From: Octopus vulgaris
Taxonomy: Eukaryota
Direction of reading: 5' to 3'
Length of the DNA: 64,000 bases
Assembly (NCBI GenBank): GCA_951406725.2
Contig: OX597818.1
Location: forward strand, 14,446,001-14,510,000
The notes below the pieces were generated by a model. That model saw only the letters and a list, made by a program, of their open reading frames with translations. It had not been told where the DNA came from and ran no database searches. A program made the position numbers and the translations under genes. Below, piece after piece: positions 1 through 15,070 of the stretch. Within the stretch, counting starts at the first letter, position 1, and the number at the start of each line of letters is the position of its first letter.

Positions 1-2239
1 GTGTGCGTGTGTGTGTGTAAGTGTGGTTGGGGTGTTTTATACGAACTGTCTCTAAATTCAATAAAATGTAGAAAATCTTGCAAACAGCAGAAACCTTATG
101 CAAAGTGTTTCTTGGTTTTCTCTCCCTCTCTCTCCTTCTCTATTTCTCTCTGTCTTTCTCTCTGTCTCCCTCTGTCTCTCTTTCCTCCCACCACCCGTCT
201 CTCTCTCTCTCACTCTTCGCTTTCTGTCATGTACGCAACGTACAAGCAGAAGCACCAAGACGCACAAAGTCAAACAAAGACTCATACTCATTCGCCCTGA
301 AACTGTACATTCTTTTATGAGTAAACATAAATAGTTATATGCGTGCTTTGTCTTTGATGGTGAAAAGCCGTGGTGATTCCTGTGTAGTTTATATTTAACT
401 CTTGTCTTTACCTTTCCATTGACGCAAATAGTAGCCATCACAGGGAACTCTTTAAGTATGCGATGATTCCGAATATATCTTTATCTGTTCATTAAAACTC
501 TCCTTTAAAGATTGGTTTTATATTTTTGAGATCCACATATTTTCATGTACATAAGCCTTCTCATCAAAGGCAGGTGTAGAATTTATAAGAAACTGGATAA
601 AATAAACTGATTTTGTATATAATGTAACGGAATACATAATGAAATATAATCACTTGAAAATGTCCACATTACAGTGATACGGAAAATGTACAAATTTAGG
701 ATGCCTATCTGCATGATTTTCTCTCATTCTCTCCCTCTCATTCGATCTTCCCTTCAAACACGCGCGCGCACGCTCTCTCTCTATCTCTCCCTCTCTTTCT
801 TTCAGACTATATCTTTTCATTTTCTCCCCATCAACAGCACACATTTATTGGTTTTCTCCTTGTTATTATCTTATGTGTAACCTTTACATTTCCTTTACAA
901 CTGTGAACGCTGAATGAGCATGCATAAGAAAAAATTATTTTTGTGTTATTTTTGTGTGAGAATATACCACTTTTTAAAATTTCTTGCCTGTGTCGCTTCT
1001 TCCTCATTCAAACATTTACCACTTCTTGCTTTGCCACATATGATCATAGAGCTCAGTTAGTGCCTTTTTATATGACGTAGTACTGACGTTTAGAGCTGAG
1101 TTATCCACTTGACTTGTACGGATTTGGATAAATTTTGATGCTCCCCTACTTTGGCTTATTTAGAAGGTAAAGTGGTATTTCCATTTTCTAGTGCAAATGT
1201 TGCTCTATGAAGGTTCAGCCTATGTTACTAGGTGGTAACTACAACAGCTAGTATTTACTAATTTGCTACTTTTGTTGCTGCTCATCCGCAGGTTATTACT
1301 GATCCAGCAGGCCTACAGTCAAAGGCAATGTAGTTGTGACCATCCCACCTATTTTAACACATGATCCACCCGCGCCTAGATTACGCGAACAGTCGATGTG
1401 TTTGTTTTCTTTAAGATGAGTGAGTGCTATCCGAGAAAAAATTCGGGTGACATTTTTAGTACTTGGAGAGACTAGGCTGAAGCTTTACTTTTTAATATAT
1501 GTATTGTTTATATTATAACCATTTTGTCTACCATTTTGCCTAATGTCATTGCTAATTAAATTATCTTCTTCATTCTAATCGTTTTGAGGTGTTTTTTGTT
1601 TTGTTTGTTTTTTTGTTGTTGGGGTTTTTTTGCCTTTTTTCACAAACTTGGATAAACGCTTGAATTTGTTGTTCATACGAAAGTGGTTTCCTTCTGTTCT
1701 ACATGCCATTGCTGCTATTTTGACCATTATTTTGCTGACACTACTACTATTTTGACTGTTGTAAATGTAATAAATAGCATAAAATTGATATATTTCACAA
1801 CGCCATGTATAGACGCTTATATAATCGTCCGCAAAAGGATGAATGCCAAGAGCAATATTGGTCATTCACTGAACAAAGTATGTAAAAAGATTTGGTAATT
1901 GGTTTAATTATATTTCGTTGAAGTATATTCTTTTATTGGTTCCAGACCAAGCGTTGCACTCATAATGGAGCACCGGTGTGGTCAACGATACTCTTTCTAT
2001 GGTTCTTAAATTTTGTTGAATTAAAACGTTTGATAATGCTGCCAACAGTTTTGTTACTTACCGCGACGTTAATTCGCCTTCCATTACTTAAATACGCTTA
2101 GATCCACTCCATGTAGATCTCCCATTTTTTTGACAAAATATCGGAAAGTAGTTGCGGTTCCTGACACTACAACATTCACAGAAATAACACAGTGGACACA
2201 TGCTGTTTCAACAAATGCCCAATCAAAGCTAGACAGCAA

Positions 2240-2535
2240 ACAGGCATGATTTAAATCACATGTAGTGTAGGAAATAATATGTTCTAGCGGCGGGACGTAC
2301 ACAAGATCAACAAAAAGACACTTTTCTAGTGTGACCGCTTGACATCAGAGTGAAGGAGAATGTCTACTACGTCACACCACCCAGCGCCGTACTCCAGTAC
2401 CATAAACACTATGCAAGAGTTTCCTCCATACGCGTACTTGCAAGGGGGATAGATACAGTCAAACTCAGAATAACGGAAGCACACTTCACTGAGAAGAAAG
2501 CACCCAGACTTAACGGCCGGATTGAATCCATGTAC
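2240..2535 (+). mobile_element. Penelope-like element GIY-YIG endonuclease remnant (decayed)
   Basis: Translation with stops and frameshifts gives VV*EIICSSGGTY..TKRH..(L)DIRVKE..SAVLQYH..IRVLARG..LRITEAHF..KAPRLN. This follows the PLE GIY-YIG pattern VVY.I.C..Y.G.T.R..R..EH..S.V..H..EA..I..P.LN. Confidence 0.55.
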
Positions 2536-2734
2536 TGTTGCCAGAGCCATTAACCAGCGCCAGCAATAACCACCACAAAAGCAAAGAGAAAGAAATCTAA
2601 AGGACTTTTGATCCGGAAGCGCTCACGAAATAAACTTAACCAAACAACTAGCATCAAGGCTATCCACAGATTACAAGCCTATATTTCTAACTATATACCT
2701 CTCTGTCTGTCTTTGTATCTAACTCTCCCTCTAT

Positions 2735-3002
2735 CTAACTGTCTATCTATCTATATATCTATCTATCTATTTATCCATCTATCTATCTATCTATCTATCT
2801 ATTTATCTATCTATCCATCTATCTTTTTGAATGTTAAATCTTTAAAACTAAGTCCTAATTATTTTACTATATATCTATCTGTCTATCTATCTATCTATCA
2901 ATCTATCTATCTGTCTGTCTGTCTGTCTGTCTATTTAGCTATCAAGTTATCTATCCTTCTATCTATCTGTCTATCTATGTCCCCATCTATCCATCTATCT
3001 AT
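2735..3002. repeat. (CTAT)n / (CTGT)n microsatellite, interrupted
   Basis: Direct inspection. Confidence 0.9.
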
Positions 3003-3235
3003 ATAAACCTTAAATCTTTAAATCCTTAAAATTTTTGAAACTTTGAAACATACTTTAAAACTTTAAAACTTTATAACTTAATGACACAGAGCTTTCAAAA
3101 TTTTTCGAAATACATTGAGAATTTTTGAGATTTAATTAATTGTTCCAGAAGCTTTTTCTCCGATGGTTTTCTAAAGTTTATTAAGCTTTTTTAAAAATTC
3201 ACTTGTTCACACTTTTTTCATATATTTATTTGTTA

Positions 3236-3250
3236 TATAATAACAACAAC

Positions 3251-3290
<40 letters not shown>

Positions 3291-3439
3291 TTATGATAGC
3301 ACAGGAATGTGAGGCCCAACTACCACCCTTACAACTACCCCCACACCTGCTACTGTTGCAGTTGCTGCTACTACACATAAAAACAATAATATCAGTGATA
3401 TCAGTGATGATAATAATAGTAATGATAATAACAAGAACA

Positions 3440-3501
<62 letters not shown>
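3236..3501. repeat. (TAA)n / (CAA)n microsatellite blocks
   Basis: Direct inspection. Confidence 0.9.
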
Positions 3502-3503
<2 letters not shown>

Positions 3504-3783
3504 AAGGAAACGGGTTGAGCCTCCCATGGACTGACTAATGATACATCTAGTGGTGGTATCACAATAAAAACACTGGTAATTGCGCAACCTGATAATCGCT
3601 ACCTCATATAAGTGACAATGAAAAAACAAAATAGTTTGAATAACGGTGGTAATGAAACTGAAGCCAATGATGGTGACAGTGTTGCACCCACCTGTCAATA
3701 TCCAGAAAGGGACCACCACATACAGCATAGCTGGAGCAAGCAAATTAATGCTGTGTTCATGAGAAAGCCGCCAACGAAAGTCC

Positions 3784-4165
3784 AATCATTTGTTATTCAT
3801 GGATGACCTCAAACTTTATGGTAAAGATGAAGCTCAAGTCAGTTCACCCGTTGATACGGTGTATACCTTCAGTGCTGAAATCAGAATGGAGTTCAGACTG
3901 AGCAAGTGTAGTGTGTTAGTCTTGAAGAGAACCAAAATCAAATGTATGGACGGGCTAACGTTACCGCCAAGGGAGATTATGAAGCAGATAGAAGAGATGG
4001 ACTATATGTACTTGGGGATTTTGGAAATGGAGAAAGAAATGACAGAAAAAATTAGGTGTAGTACTTGTGCAGACTGAGATTAATCCTTAAGCCGAAATTA
4101 AACGGACAGGATAAGATTGAAGCTATCAACACGTGGGTGGTTTCACTCCTTAGATATGGAGCAGG
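3784..4165 (+). mobile_element. R4/Dong-clade non-LTR retrotransposon, RT fragment
   Basis: HLLFMDDLKLYGK..IRMEFRLSKC..YMYLGILE..AINTWVVSLLRYGAG, the RT catalytic and thumb region typical of R4/Dong elements. Confidence 0.85.
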
Positions 4166-4276
4166 GCGAAATACTTAGCGGTGTTTCGTCTGCCGTTACG
4201 TTCTGAATTCAAATTCCGACGAGGTCGATTTTGCCTTTCATCCTTTCGGGGTCGATAAATTAAGTGCCAGTTACAC
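4164..4276 (+). mobile_element. SINE fragment with Meta/MESC-like central domain
   Basis: gaggtcgattttgcctttcatcctttcggggtcgataaattaagt, matching the copy at 38623. Confidence 0.85.
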
Positions 4277-4277
4277 A

Positions 4278-5130
4278 CATCAATGGTTAGTGTCTTTTAG
4301 ATTAAAGTGAGAAACAGAAGGGTCTATCATAGCAGCCTAAGATCAAAGCCTAACTACAAGAAACTACCAGGCCAGTATATTAAAGTACGGTAGTAGCCCA
4401 ATATGTTATGCCTGTCAACAACGAAATGAAACTATTGATTATGCCGTCTCCACGTGCAGTCTTCTTGCGCCTGCAATGTATCTCAACAGGCATGTTAGAG
4501 CAGTACAATATATTCAGTAGGTAATTTACAAAAACCTGGACTTGCCCTATGGTAAAAACTGGTGGGAAAACAAACCACTTCTAGCGCTTGAAAATGGTCG
4601 CATCTCACTCATCTGGAACTTCACCATTCAAACTGACAGAAATATAGATGATATTAGGCCAAACATTATATTGAAAGACTTCAGACAAAAATCATGTCAC
4701 CTTATTGATATGACTGTCTGAATTGACACAACTGTATCTGTCAAGAACTACCAAAAACTGAGCAAGTATAAAGATCTTGAAATAAAAATTGGCAAAATGT
4801 GGAACTTCAAGTCTAAAACAATACCTGTTGTCATAGGTGCCCTATGAATGATAGCAGAAGGGGCTAATTCCTACTTATCTCAGATACAAGTGATAGTGCG
4901 CATGGGAGTTGCCCATATCCTACGTAAAATACTATGTAATCTCAAATTTTAAAACAAACTCATAATTTTGTTATATTTTCTTATACATTCTCTAGAACAA
5001 TACTATATGCAAAATCAAATATATGACACCCTAGGCATAATACCAACACGAACTTCTATCTTGTCTCTTGAAATCTTTGGGTGAGACTTGGAGCCAACTT
5101 GTACAAATACAAAGCATAAGTCAAACATAT
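4278..5130 (+). mobile_element. R4/Dong LINE 3' fragment (Zn knuckle, REL endonuclease, 3' UTR) ending in (TAA)n
   Basis: ETEGSIIAA*DQSL.TRNY..C..C...ETI..C..LA...YL.RH, WNFTIQTD..RPNII, KYKDLEI.I.KMW..IPVVIGAL. Premature stops present. (TAA)n follows at 5130-5205. Confidence 0.9.
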
Positions 5131-5139
5131 AATAATAAC

Positions 5140-5210
<71 letters not shown>

Positions 5211-5384
5211 TCGTTTTTAAATTAGGGACAAGGATAACAGTTTTTAGAAACAGCAATTATTCGATACCGTTGACTTCAGTGTTTCAATTGTACTTTATTT
5301 TATTAAGCTACAAATGGTGGAAGGCAATATTCACTCCAAACTTTAATCCAAAAAATAAAGAACTCGAAGAAATATTGATTACAA

Positions 5385-5550
5385 ATTTTGGCACAAAGCC
5401 AGCAATTTCGAGGGAAGAGATGTGTTTATTACATCGACCACAGTGTTCAACTGATACTTATTTTATCGACCCAAAAATGATGAGCGGCATTGGAACTCAG
5501 AAATTCCATAATTTTTGCCGGCGCGGTAACGATTCTGACAGCTCGCTGCT
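5385..5550 (-). mobile_element. Decayed Meta-type SINE
   Basis: Reverse complement of the SINE tail, body and head (tactta..tttatcgaccc, gattctgacagctcgc). Confidence 0.65.
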
Positions 5551-7953
5551 TTCAAGGAATATAGCAAGGCACTTAGAAGTTCTTACATTTTTACCAGTTC
5601 ATCTCCAGAAATAATTTCTAACATAAAAATAAAACAAGGAAGTACGGGTGAGAAGTGTTAGACAGTTAAATGTATCACAGGATTTGATGGGTAATTTATC
5701 GAGCTTGAAGAGCTGAATAACAAAGCTGAACTAGATGGTTGGTGCTAGAACGTAAAATGCCGTAGTAAATACTGCGAAGCTTTTTCCCCGACGGTCTCAT
5801 GATTCTGCCAAACCATCCGTCCTTAATAGTGGTGCTTAATGTAGGCACCAGACGTGAATTTGTGAAAGAGTGGTTAGTCGATTAAACAGACTTCCGTACT
5901 TGGCTGATACCATTTTTTAAAATCATGACCTGAAGGATAAGAGGCAATGTTGATTTCACCAGGATTTAAACTCAGAACATAAATAGACTTAACTATATAT
6001 CCGCTATTGCATTCACTTTGTACATTCACAAATACTAATTCTTAAAGAATGTTAATTTTATTTATGATGTATACAATTTTTGCAATAATTTTATTGTTTC
6101 TCTTCATATCTAGATTTAAATGCAAATAATACTTGCATAAACTAAGTGGTTGCTTAGTAACAGACGTTGATTATCCTCTAAAACATTGAATGATGGATTA
6201 AGTAAAATATTAAAATAATATTTGTCAATGTATGTCCTTTTTTACATAAAAATTGTCGTTAAAATGTTTAAACGACGTCAAAAATAAAAATAGAAAAACA
6301 CCTTTTCTTTCCAACAACGAAATATGGAGAATTTTGTTTTTCTATAACTATAAAGTGATTATAAATTAAATAGGAATTAAGCTCATATCGTGTAGTTAAA
6401 TTTAGAAGTTTTACATCTGCTTTCTGTCATGTAGACAATTGAAGGCAAGTCAAGTTAGGAAAACCTATCCTTCATAAAATTATGACTATACTTGACCAGC
6501 GTAAACTTACGAAGCATTTCGAAAAAATTAAAATAGTTAGTAGCTCTGCCCCTAATTGTTTTCACACTATTGTATCAGTATGCATTCGGGTCAGTGGAAC
6601 CAAATTGTGTCTCCATATCTATACGTATATCTCGATTTATCTGTCAATATAGCGAACGACCAATTACATTTTTGTGCGAGAAGATTTATTCTTTTGTTTC
6701 ATCGGAGGATTATACTGATGCTGAAGCACGGCCTGCAACGGTTTATTCGATCGAATCGACCTCATGATATTGTTTAAGTATAATATTTCTTCTATCGGTA
6801 TCTAGTTGCCGAACCGTTACGTTATGAGGATGTAAACAAACCATCACCTTGTGTCAAGTGTTGATAGACAAATACGAACAAGTAGATACATAAATACATA
6901 CACGTACATGCGCTATAGGAACACACACACACACGCATACATATTAGCTTCTGACCCATAAGCGTACTGGCTTATATTTCAATCTTCGTTATCGTTGTAT
7001 AAAGGCACCTGTTACCTGCAGATAACTGGCCTTGCATCTTCTACAGTCAGGTTACCCACGGTTCACTCACCTCTCCACTCCTTGCTTTGTCCATATACCT
7101 TCCCTAAACATTGAGCTAAACACTATACACAGATTCCCGCATGAGAACATCAGCCGTGTAATTTCATTCCTGTTCACGTTTTTCCTGCAGGTGTTGAATC
7201 GCAAATGTTTAAAAGGAATATTAACTTCATTACGCTCACTGGTTTCGGAAATCCTGTAAAAATCATGGGCACTGACTTTCCTCCGTACTCAACAAAGAGA
7301 GATATTTGGTTGGCTCGGAGCTCCAGTATGGTCGTAACAGTGTGGCTTGACAGGGATATTGTGTAGTCCTCTTCACAGTGATACATATTATTCTGAGCTA
7401 CTTTCGTATAGCAAAAATATAAAGACTGATCTCTTCTTTTAGCAAATAACAACTAATTTCATCTAGGGACAGTATACGCTTCTAAGAAGACCCTGCATAT
7501 TTCAAAATAATTATCAATCAAGCTACAATCAATTAGCTGTGACCGGAATCCGTTGATGTTGAGCAATATATTTGCACTTAGTTAAGAGTTTGATGAAATT
7601 TTAACGGCTTCTGAAATGCCATAAATATTGTATATTTCCTGTGCTATACACGCAAGTCATTTATGTAAAATCATAAATATATAACTTTAAGGATCACATT
7701 AAAGAATAAAAATGAAATTTACGTAATATTATAGAAAACTGGTAAACGTAATTCTGTTCACGATGAAATAGTTTCGTATCTTGAGGAAATTCTGAACGGT
7801 ACGTGTGTACATATATGTGCGTGTGTGTTCATACATATATTTATACAGGTATATATGTATATGTATGTATTTGTTTATGTTTATATGTATTATTCATATG
7901 TATGCATTTGTTTATGTTTATATGTATTATTTATATGTATGCATTTGTTTATG

Positions 7954-9153
7954 TATTGAGTTGGCAACTAAGTTACCGCGGTTTTTTTATTAATTAAAAT
8001 TTTTGAAAAGGTTTAATAGAAATAACAACTAATTAATCAATAATGTATTCCCCCTTGTTATTTACAACCTTTTCCCAACGTTCAACAAGCCTTTCAAGGT
8101 AGAAATCATCCGAAAAATTGATCTAACCAAACTCCCAATTCTGCATCAGTATTGAATGAGACTCCGCGCATAGCATTTGAAAGAGATCCAAAGAGGCGGA
8201 AATCTGGGTTTTAATGGCTACCTTGGTCATATTGTCGATATGAGGGTGGGCGTTGTCGTGCAGCAGAAGAACTCCATGCTGCCGATTAGGTCTTTTCTCT
8301 TGAATAGCTGTGTTGAGTCGTTCCGTCTGTTGAACACTGAGTTTTGCGTTGACCGTTTGGTTCTGTTCAAGCAATTCGTAATGGATAATCTCTTCCCAGT
8401 CCCACCATACGTACAACATCGTTTTACGCGGTGTCGTTTGTTTAGAGTGGCTAAGCCATTCCTTACGCTGCTTCGTATTGATGTACAGACACCATTTTCC
8501 GTCGCCAGTAACGATTCGGCAAAGAAATCGTTTCTTGTGTCCATGAGTTGAGCGGTGACAAGCAAGCAAGCCAGCGGAGATTGTGGCTCGATGATTTTGT
8601 TGTTGTCACTTAAAGCATGCAGAGCCCATGCTCCATACTTCTGAACCTTTCCCATCGAGTGAAGATTGCTTCTCTATCGTAGTGTGGGTGCATTCCATTT
8701 TCTCTGCCAGTTCCATTGTCGTTTGACGAGAATTTTCGTGCAAAAGTTGGTTTAATCGCTCTTCATCGAACTCAACTGGACGACCAGAACAAGATGTGTC
8801 ATTGAGGTCAAAATTTCCATTTTTGAACTTGGCATATCAATCACGAGCGGTTCTTTCAGCTATGGCACCCTCTCCATACACAGCACAAATGTCGCGAGCA
8901 GCTTTTGCGGCCTTAGAACCTTGATTAAAAGCAAAAAGAAGGAGGTGTCGAATATGCTCGTTTTCCTTAACTTGACTTCCATTTCCATGATCTGAAAATA
9001 AACAAAAATTAACTGAAATTAGCTCGCAAAAAAACATATTCCAAGATGATTCTATAATAGGATTCCCGAAAAAAATAGATTCCAAAATGTAAAAACGCAA
9101 TATTTTCCAAATTTAAAAAAAAAAAGCGGTGGGAACTTAGTTGCGACACAATA
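7954..9153 (-). mobile_element. Mariner transposon, near full length, decayed, with imperfect TIRs and TA flanks
   Basis: Minus-strand fragments IRHLLLFAFNQG.KAAKAARDICAVYGEGAI, FLCRIVTGDGKWCLY, MLYVWWD, LLLHDNAHPH. Left end TAttgagttggcaactaagtt is an imperfect inverted match to right end aacttagttgcgacacaaTA. Confidence 0.92.
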
Positions 9154-9799
9154 TATTGTCCAATGAGAACGATGATGGTGACACGGGAATAAATAGTGAA
9201 CGGTATTAGTGCTCAATGAAATACGGAAGATCAAGCTTCAAATACAGTTGAGTTGGTTAGAGAAAGTCATTTGAGCAGATGTCAATAAATTGAGATGGAT
9301 ATGCGCAAGTGTATAGAATATATTTACATGAGTTGTTATATAGTTTTACACGATAGAATCATATTTTTTTCAGCTGTTTCGACGCATCCTGCGAACTGTG
9401 AGTATTGTTATGCAAATAATGCAATTACTTGTAAACATGATTTAAGGAGGGTAGACGGAAAGTACCTTTGATACGTCAAGAGATAGAAAGTAAACAAGTT
9501 AGAACATAAAGTGATAAAAAAAACACACAGATTTATGTAGGAGAAATAACATAAGAAAGGAATACATACAAATCCAAATATTGAGAGGTGAAGTTGAGTA
9601 GTAAGAGAAGACTAGTCAAGAAGAGCCCTTACTGAGTTTATAGGATGCACAATAATTTGTAAATGGATTAATTTGGGATGAGTGTCGCACATTGATTAAA
9701 AAAATACGCAGAGAAAAGCATCAGAGTTTAAGAAGAATTATTAGGTCGTCGAGTATGAAATTTGTAAAAAAAGGAAAAAGTTTGTTAATGTTTTATAAA

Positions 9800-10290
9800 C
9801 ACAAGGAATAGTTTTATTCATCAAAGTATGCACCCATATTGAAAATACGCCTTTACCATTTCAGCGGTAGCTTGTCCAGCCGGTTTTATAGCATCGTCGG
9901 AATTTTTTTTTCTTTCCTATCAATAAGTTATCCAAATTCTGGAAAAGTGTTTGTCCGTGTGGGCAAGATCATGTGCGTTTGGCCCAGTTGGCTGCAGTAT
10001 ACTTCAGCTGTGACTGATGAGCGAGGTTTAATGAAATCACAATGGATCATACCTGCACCAGACTACCAAACACACACCATCAGCTTCTTTTGATAAATTT
10101 TGCTTTTTGGACTGTTTTTTGGTGGCTCGTCTTTGTCCAACCATTGTGCTGAACATTTACGGTTGTCTTATTGGATCCGTTTCTCATCACATGTTACAAT
10201 TCGATTCAAAAATTATTCATGCTTGTGACATGAAAGAAGCATAATGCAATCTTCTAAACGTTCTGTTTCTGATTTTCATTGAGTTCTTAC
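9800..10290 (-). mobile_element. Second mariner transposase fragment
   Basis: Minus strand ELNENQKQ..NRIVTCDEKRI.*DNRKCSAQWLDKDEPPK..K..QKKLMVCVW. Confidence 0.8.
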
Positions 10291-12015
10291 CACAGGGTCT
10301 CGCTAATCACTATATGATAAAAATTTTATATAATTTATGCCAATAATGCACGGTTACGTTATATAATTTATTTATTAGGATGGATTAATCATTTTTTTAA
10401 CTTTCCGAAGCATTCTCTGACGAATAAGGCACATGCTATCTGCTAAACTCTGGCACAGTTTCCTGGTCGTAAATTTAGCAGAAGAGATATAGTACTATAT
10501 TGTTTCTGCCTTCCGGTGGTGAATGTGATGCTGGAAAAAGAGGCAGTAAGTGCCATCTAACGGCGCGTAAACGTGACTCGAATTCGTTAGAATATTCGTC
10601 ACTGTGGACACCAAATCATGTGGAAACACCACCCCTGATGATTCACTGGAGTTCTGAGTGAAGACCAGTGTTTTTGACACATAACACTTTTTGAAAGCTT
10701 TTGCTGAGACAAACGTGCACTGGTTGTGCCGTTTCACATCTTTACACATACACATTGTGCATACATTATCATTTAAGTCTCGTTCAAGTTAGGATATTGA
10801 ACTATTATTGCCAAGAAAGTTTTACATTCATGTTATTAAATCTTCTTACAGTTCGACATCTTTTTATCTATTGAATCACCTATCCCAGTCTACATCGACA
10901 AATAGTTGGGGTTGTCTTCTCTAAACACAATAAAGGGTCTTCTTGACTAGTCTTTCCTTCATAGTTATGGTAGATTTCATTTACTCCACCACTTCGCCCT
11001 CTCTTACTAGGTTTTATAACAATTCGCTTCTTCACGTTAGGTCATGTACATGAATCTGCAGGACACTTTTATCCTTTTATCTTTCATTATCTGTTTTCTC
11101 TCTATCTTTTTTCGCATTAAAAACCCCCTCTTTCTCCTTCACCTTCAAAGATCATTCTTTATTTCCACCCTTCTAACCTCACAATCTATTTCTTTCCTCC
11201 TTCCGCATAGTTTTTAGCTTTTCCCTTCTTTATGATCTGTTAGCTGACGCTGTTACTTTTCAGATCTTTCTTTTTTACATCTTTCTACGCACATAAATGT
11301 TGTTATGCCTTATTTCTCTCTCAATTTTTCTTTATTTCCTTTATCTATACCTACCCTTCTGGTGACAATATTTATATTTGGCAATTATTCCTCTCATTGC
11401 ATTTGGCCATTCCCTCTGGGGAAAACGAACTGCGTTTGTTTCATGTAGGCACTTATGCATTATAGTTCCTGTATTCTGACATTTCAGTTGCTTCGTGTTA
11501 TTTAAGTATTAATGTCTTCATAATGCTTACACCTTCTTGCTTGTCATGAATAATGATATCCATGATTCACCGGATACATCCAAATAGATGTATACGTCTG
11601 ATTATATCATGTGCAATGATGTAACAAATCATATTGATATATTCCGGGCACCTATAATTCCTCAACTTTCTTTATTGATCTATACGCATTTATATATACA
11701 TTCATAAACACACACATATACTTAAATATATAGAATACATATATAGCCTACATATATATATAGAGAGATTCTAAAAAAATAGAAAAATAGGATTTACTAA
11801 AGAAAGAGCAAGGCTCGCATAACTTAAATCCTGTTTATTAGCAGCACAGTTAAAATTTCTAAGACATTCCAAAGATTTTCCATTTAACACTCTTTAAATG
11901 AATATATGCACACACTTGCTTGTGTGCATCTAGAAAGTCACACATACACACACCGGAGAACTAACGGGGCATGTTTTCACTCAACGTAGATGCATGTGGA
12001 TACATCTGCGTATAA

Positions 12016-12330
12016 CTGGTACACCGTCGGTTACGACGACAGAGTTCCAGTTGATCCAATCAACGGAACACCAAGCTTGAGAAATTAACATAAAAGTGAC
12101 TCAGCACTCCACAGATATGCATACCTTTAATGTAGTTCTCAGTGGGATTTTGCGTAACACAGCATATGACAAAGCTATCTCTTTGAAATACAGGTACGAC
12201 TCATTTGCAAGCTGAGTTAAGTGGATCAACGTAAAAGAAAGTTTCTTTCTCAAGGATACAACGCACCGCCGGGAACTGAACATCCGACCTTAAGATCGAA
12301 TATCCTAACCACTCAGTTATTCGCCTCACA
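12016..12330 (-). mobile_element. tRNA-derived SINE (separate family), decayed
   Basis: Minus strand has a tRNA-like head, a ttgtatccttgagaaag..cacttaactcagct conserved-domain-like block and a tail ending ..gtcgtcgtaaccgacggtgtaccag. Confidence 0.7.
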
Positions 12331-12645
12331 CTGGCTTATATGCAAACACTAACTCAACCGCATATGTACAAACACCAGTAGCGGTCTTAACTAAAATGCC
12401 TTGTCTCATTATTAGCGACTTGCTTGAACTCCATCACAGAGAACATAAATACATCTCAAAGTAAATCATACTTACATATACGGAGGGGAGCTTAAGCCAG
12501 ATCTCCGTCGTAATGTCGCATCAACTGAGAATCGATGACATTATCACGGTTATCAGAATTATATCATTGTATATTTCTGATGGTATTGTAACTGAAACAT
12601 CAATAAAAATCTACATATAGATAAACAGGGAGACAGATATACAAA

Positions 12646-12768
<123 letters not shown>

Positions 12769-13099
12769 CTTTCAAAGTGGACTAAAAAATCGTAGATAAA
12801 ACATATTCCAAATATATCTCTATGGAATTCGTGAAAAAATAACTGAAGAATTTGAACTATGATACAATTGTATTAATAGTGAATATATATTAAATGGAGA
12901 ACGTCTGACAGCAGCAAGTCAAATCTGCCATACATTTGTTAGAGGATAAAACAATAAAAGACAACTGACATATATGGTACACACAACATTATCGATTTGA
13001 CTAAAATTGATGTTGCTGATTTGGAAAAGAATGGTCATACATATCAATATGCTATTTTGAGAAGTGAATATATATATTAGAATATAGATGTAATAATTG

Positions 13100-13137
<38 letters not shown>

Positions 13138-13176
13138 TATTATTATTATTATTATTATTATTATAATTATAATAGT

Positions 13177-13738
13177 AACGCTCTGGTGCAGTACCAGGCA
13201 GTGGCTCTCATGGCTTTTGATCTTAACTGATTGGAAGTGTTATCATGTACATCATTTTGTCTTGGTATAAAAGATGGGCTACAGCAAATATTCTGCTTAA
13301 TACCACAGATTTGCTTGTCACTTGTTTGACCTTAACCAGTTGACCAAGTTCCTTAGTGGCTGACGATATGTGCATCTCTGATCACGAGCAGAAGTAAGTG
13401 GGGGAGCATCATAGCCGTGAGTTGAATGGGATTCTCAGAGGTTTGGATAATTCACCTTTGGAAACATGGGTGTTTCGTTCAACATCCTTAAACAATCCTT
13501 ATTCAGGGACCGTTTGAGCGGAATGGACTACTCGACCAGAAGAAAAATCTAACTGGGCCCCACCCGCAAGGTCATGCGCTGTTTATCTTGATATGAGATC
13601 ACCATGTCGCGCACATATGGTTGTGATGCACGTGGCTCGTGTACCCTTATCAGACGGGTAGTCATGATGGGTATACTGGGCTTCGTATATTTTACCCCAG
13701 TGTCACTTTGATGGCATGCATTGCTCACTCACTCACTC
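13177..13738 (+). repeat. ~560-bp non-coding interspersed element, copy 1, flanked by TAA/TTA repeats
   Basis: Colinear with 14451-15005 from end to end. Confidence 0.85.
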
Positions 13739-13786
13739 AATAATAATAATAATAATAATGATAATAATAATGAGGATAATAACAAT

Positions 13787-13872
<86 letters not shown>

Positions 13873-13904
13873 CAACAACAACAACGATGAGCCTCATTAT
13901 TCTT

Positions 13905-14450
<546 letters not shown>

Positions 14451-15005
14451 AAATGCCCTTATGCAGTACCGCAGTGGCTCTCATGGCTACTGATCTTAAC
14501 TTATTGTAATTGTTATCATGTACATTGTTCTGTCTTGGTACAAAAGATGGGTTATAGCAAATATTCTGCTCAATACCACATATTTACTTGTCATTTGTTT
14601 GACCTTAACCAGTTGAGCATGCCTCTTAGTGGCTGACGATATGTGCATCTCTGATGACGAGCAGAAGTAGTGGGGAACATCATAACCATGGGTTAAGAGG
14701 GATTCTTTGGGGTTTGAATAATTCACCTCTGGAAACATGGTTGTGTCGTTCAACATCCTTAAACAACCCTTATTCAGAGACCTTTTGAGCGGGATGGGTT
14801 ATTCGATTAGAAGAAAATTCTAACTGGGCCCCACCTGCAAGGTCATGTCCTGTTTATCTTGATATGAGATCACCATGTCGTGCACATATGGTTGTGATGC
14901 ATGTGCCTGGTGTATCATTATCAGACGGGTAGTCATGATGTGTATACTGGGTTTGGTATATTTTACCCCAGTGTGACTTTGATGGCATGCACTTCTCTCT
15001 CACTC
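14451..15005 (+). repeat. ~555-bp non-coding interspersed element, copy 2, flanked by (TAA)n
   Basis: Colinear with 13177-13738. Confidence 0.85.

Positions 15006-15070
<65 letters not shown>

Noticed and set aside
6960-7620. Possible APE endonuclease remnant on the minus strand (LLNINGFRS)
   Set aside because: A single weak motif is not enough to call it.
10010-10042. CTGATGA...GAAA spacing
   Set aside because: No stem II, and it lies in the antisense strand of a mariner coding remnant.
10633-10670. CTGATGA + ttcact/agtgaa stem, hammerhead-like
   Set aside because: Followed by GACC rather than GAAA, with no stem I or III.
13177-13245. Short U2 snRNA-like words on the minus strand of element X
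   Set aside because: Two short imperfect matches only, with no branch-point recognition sequence or Sm site.
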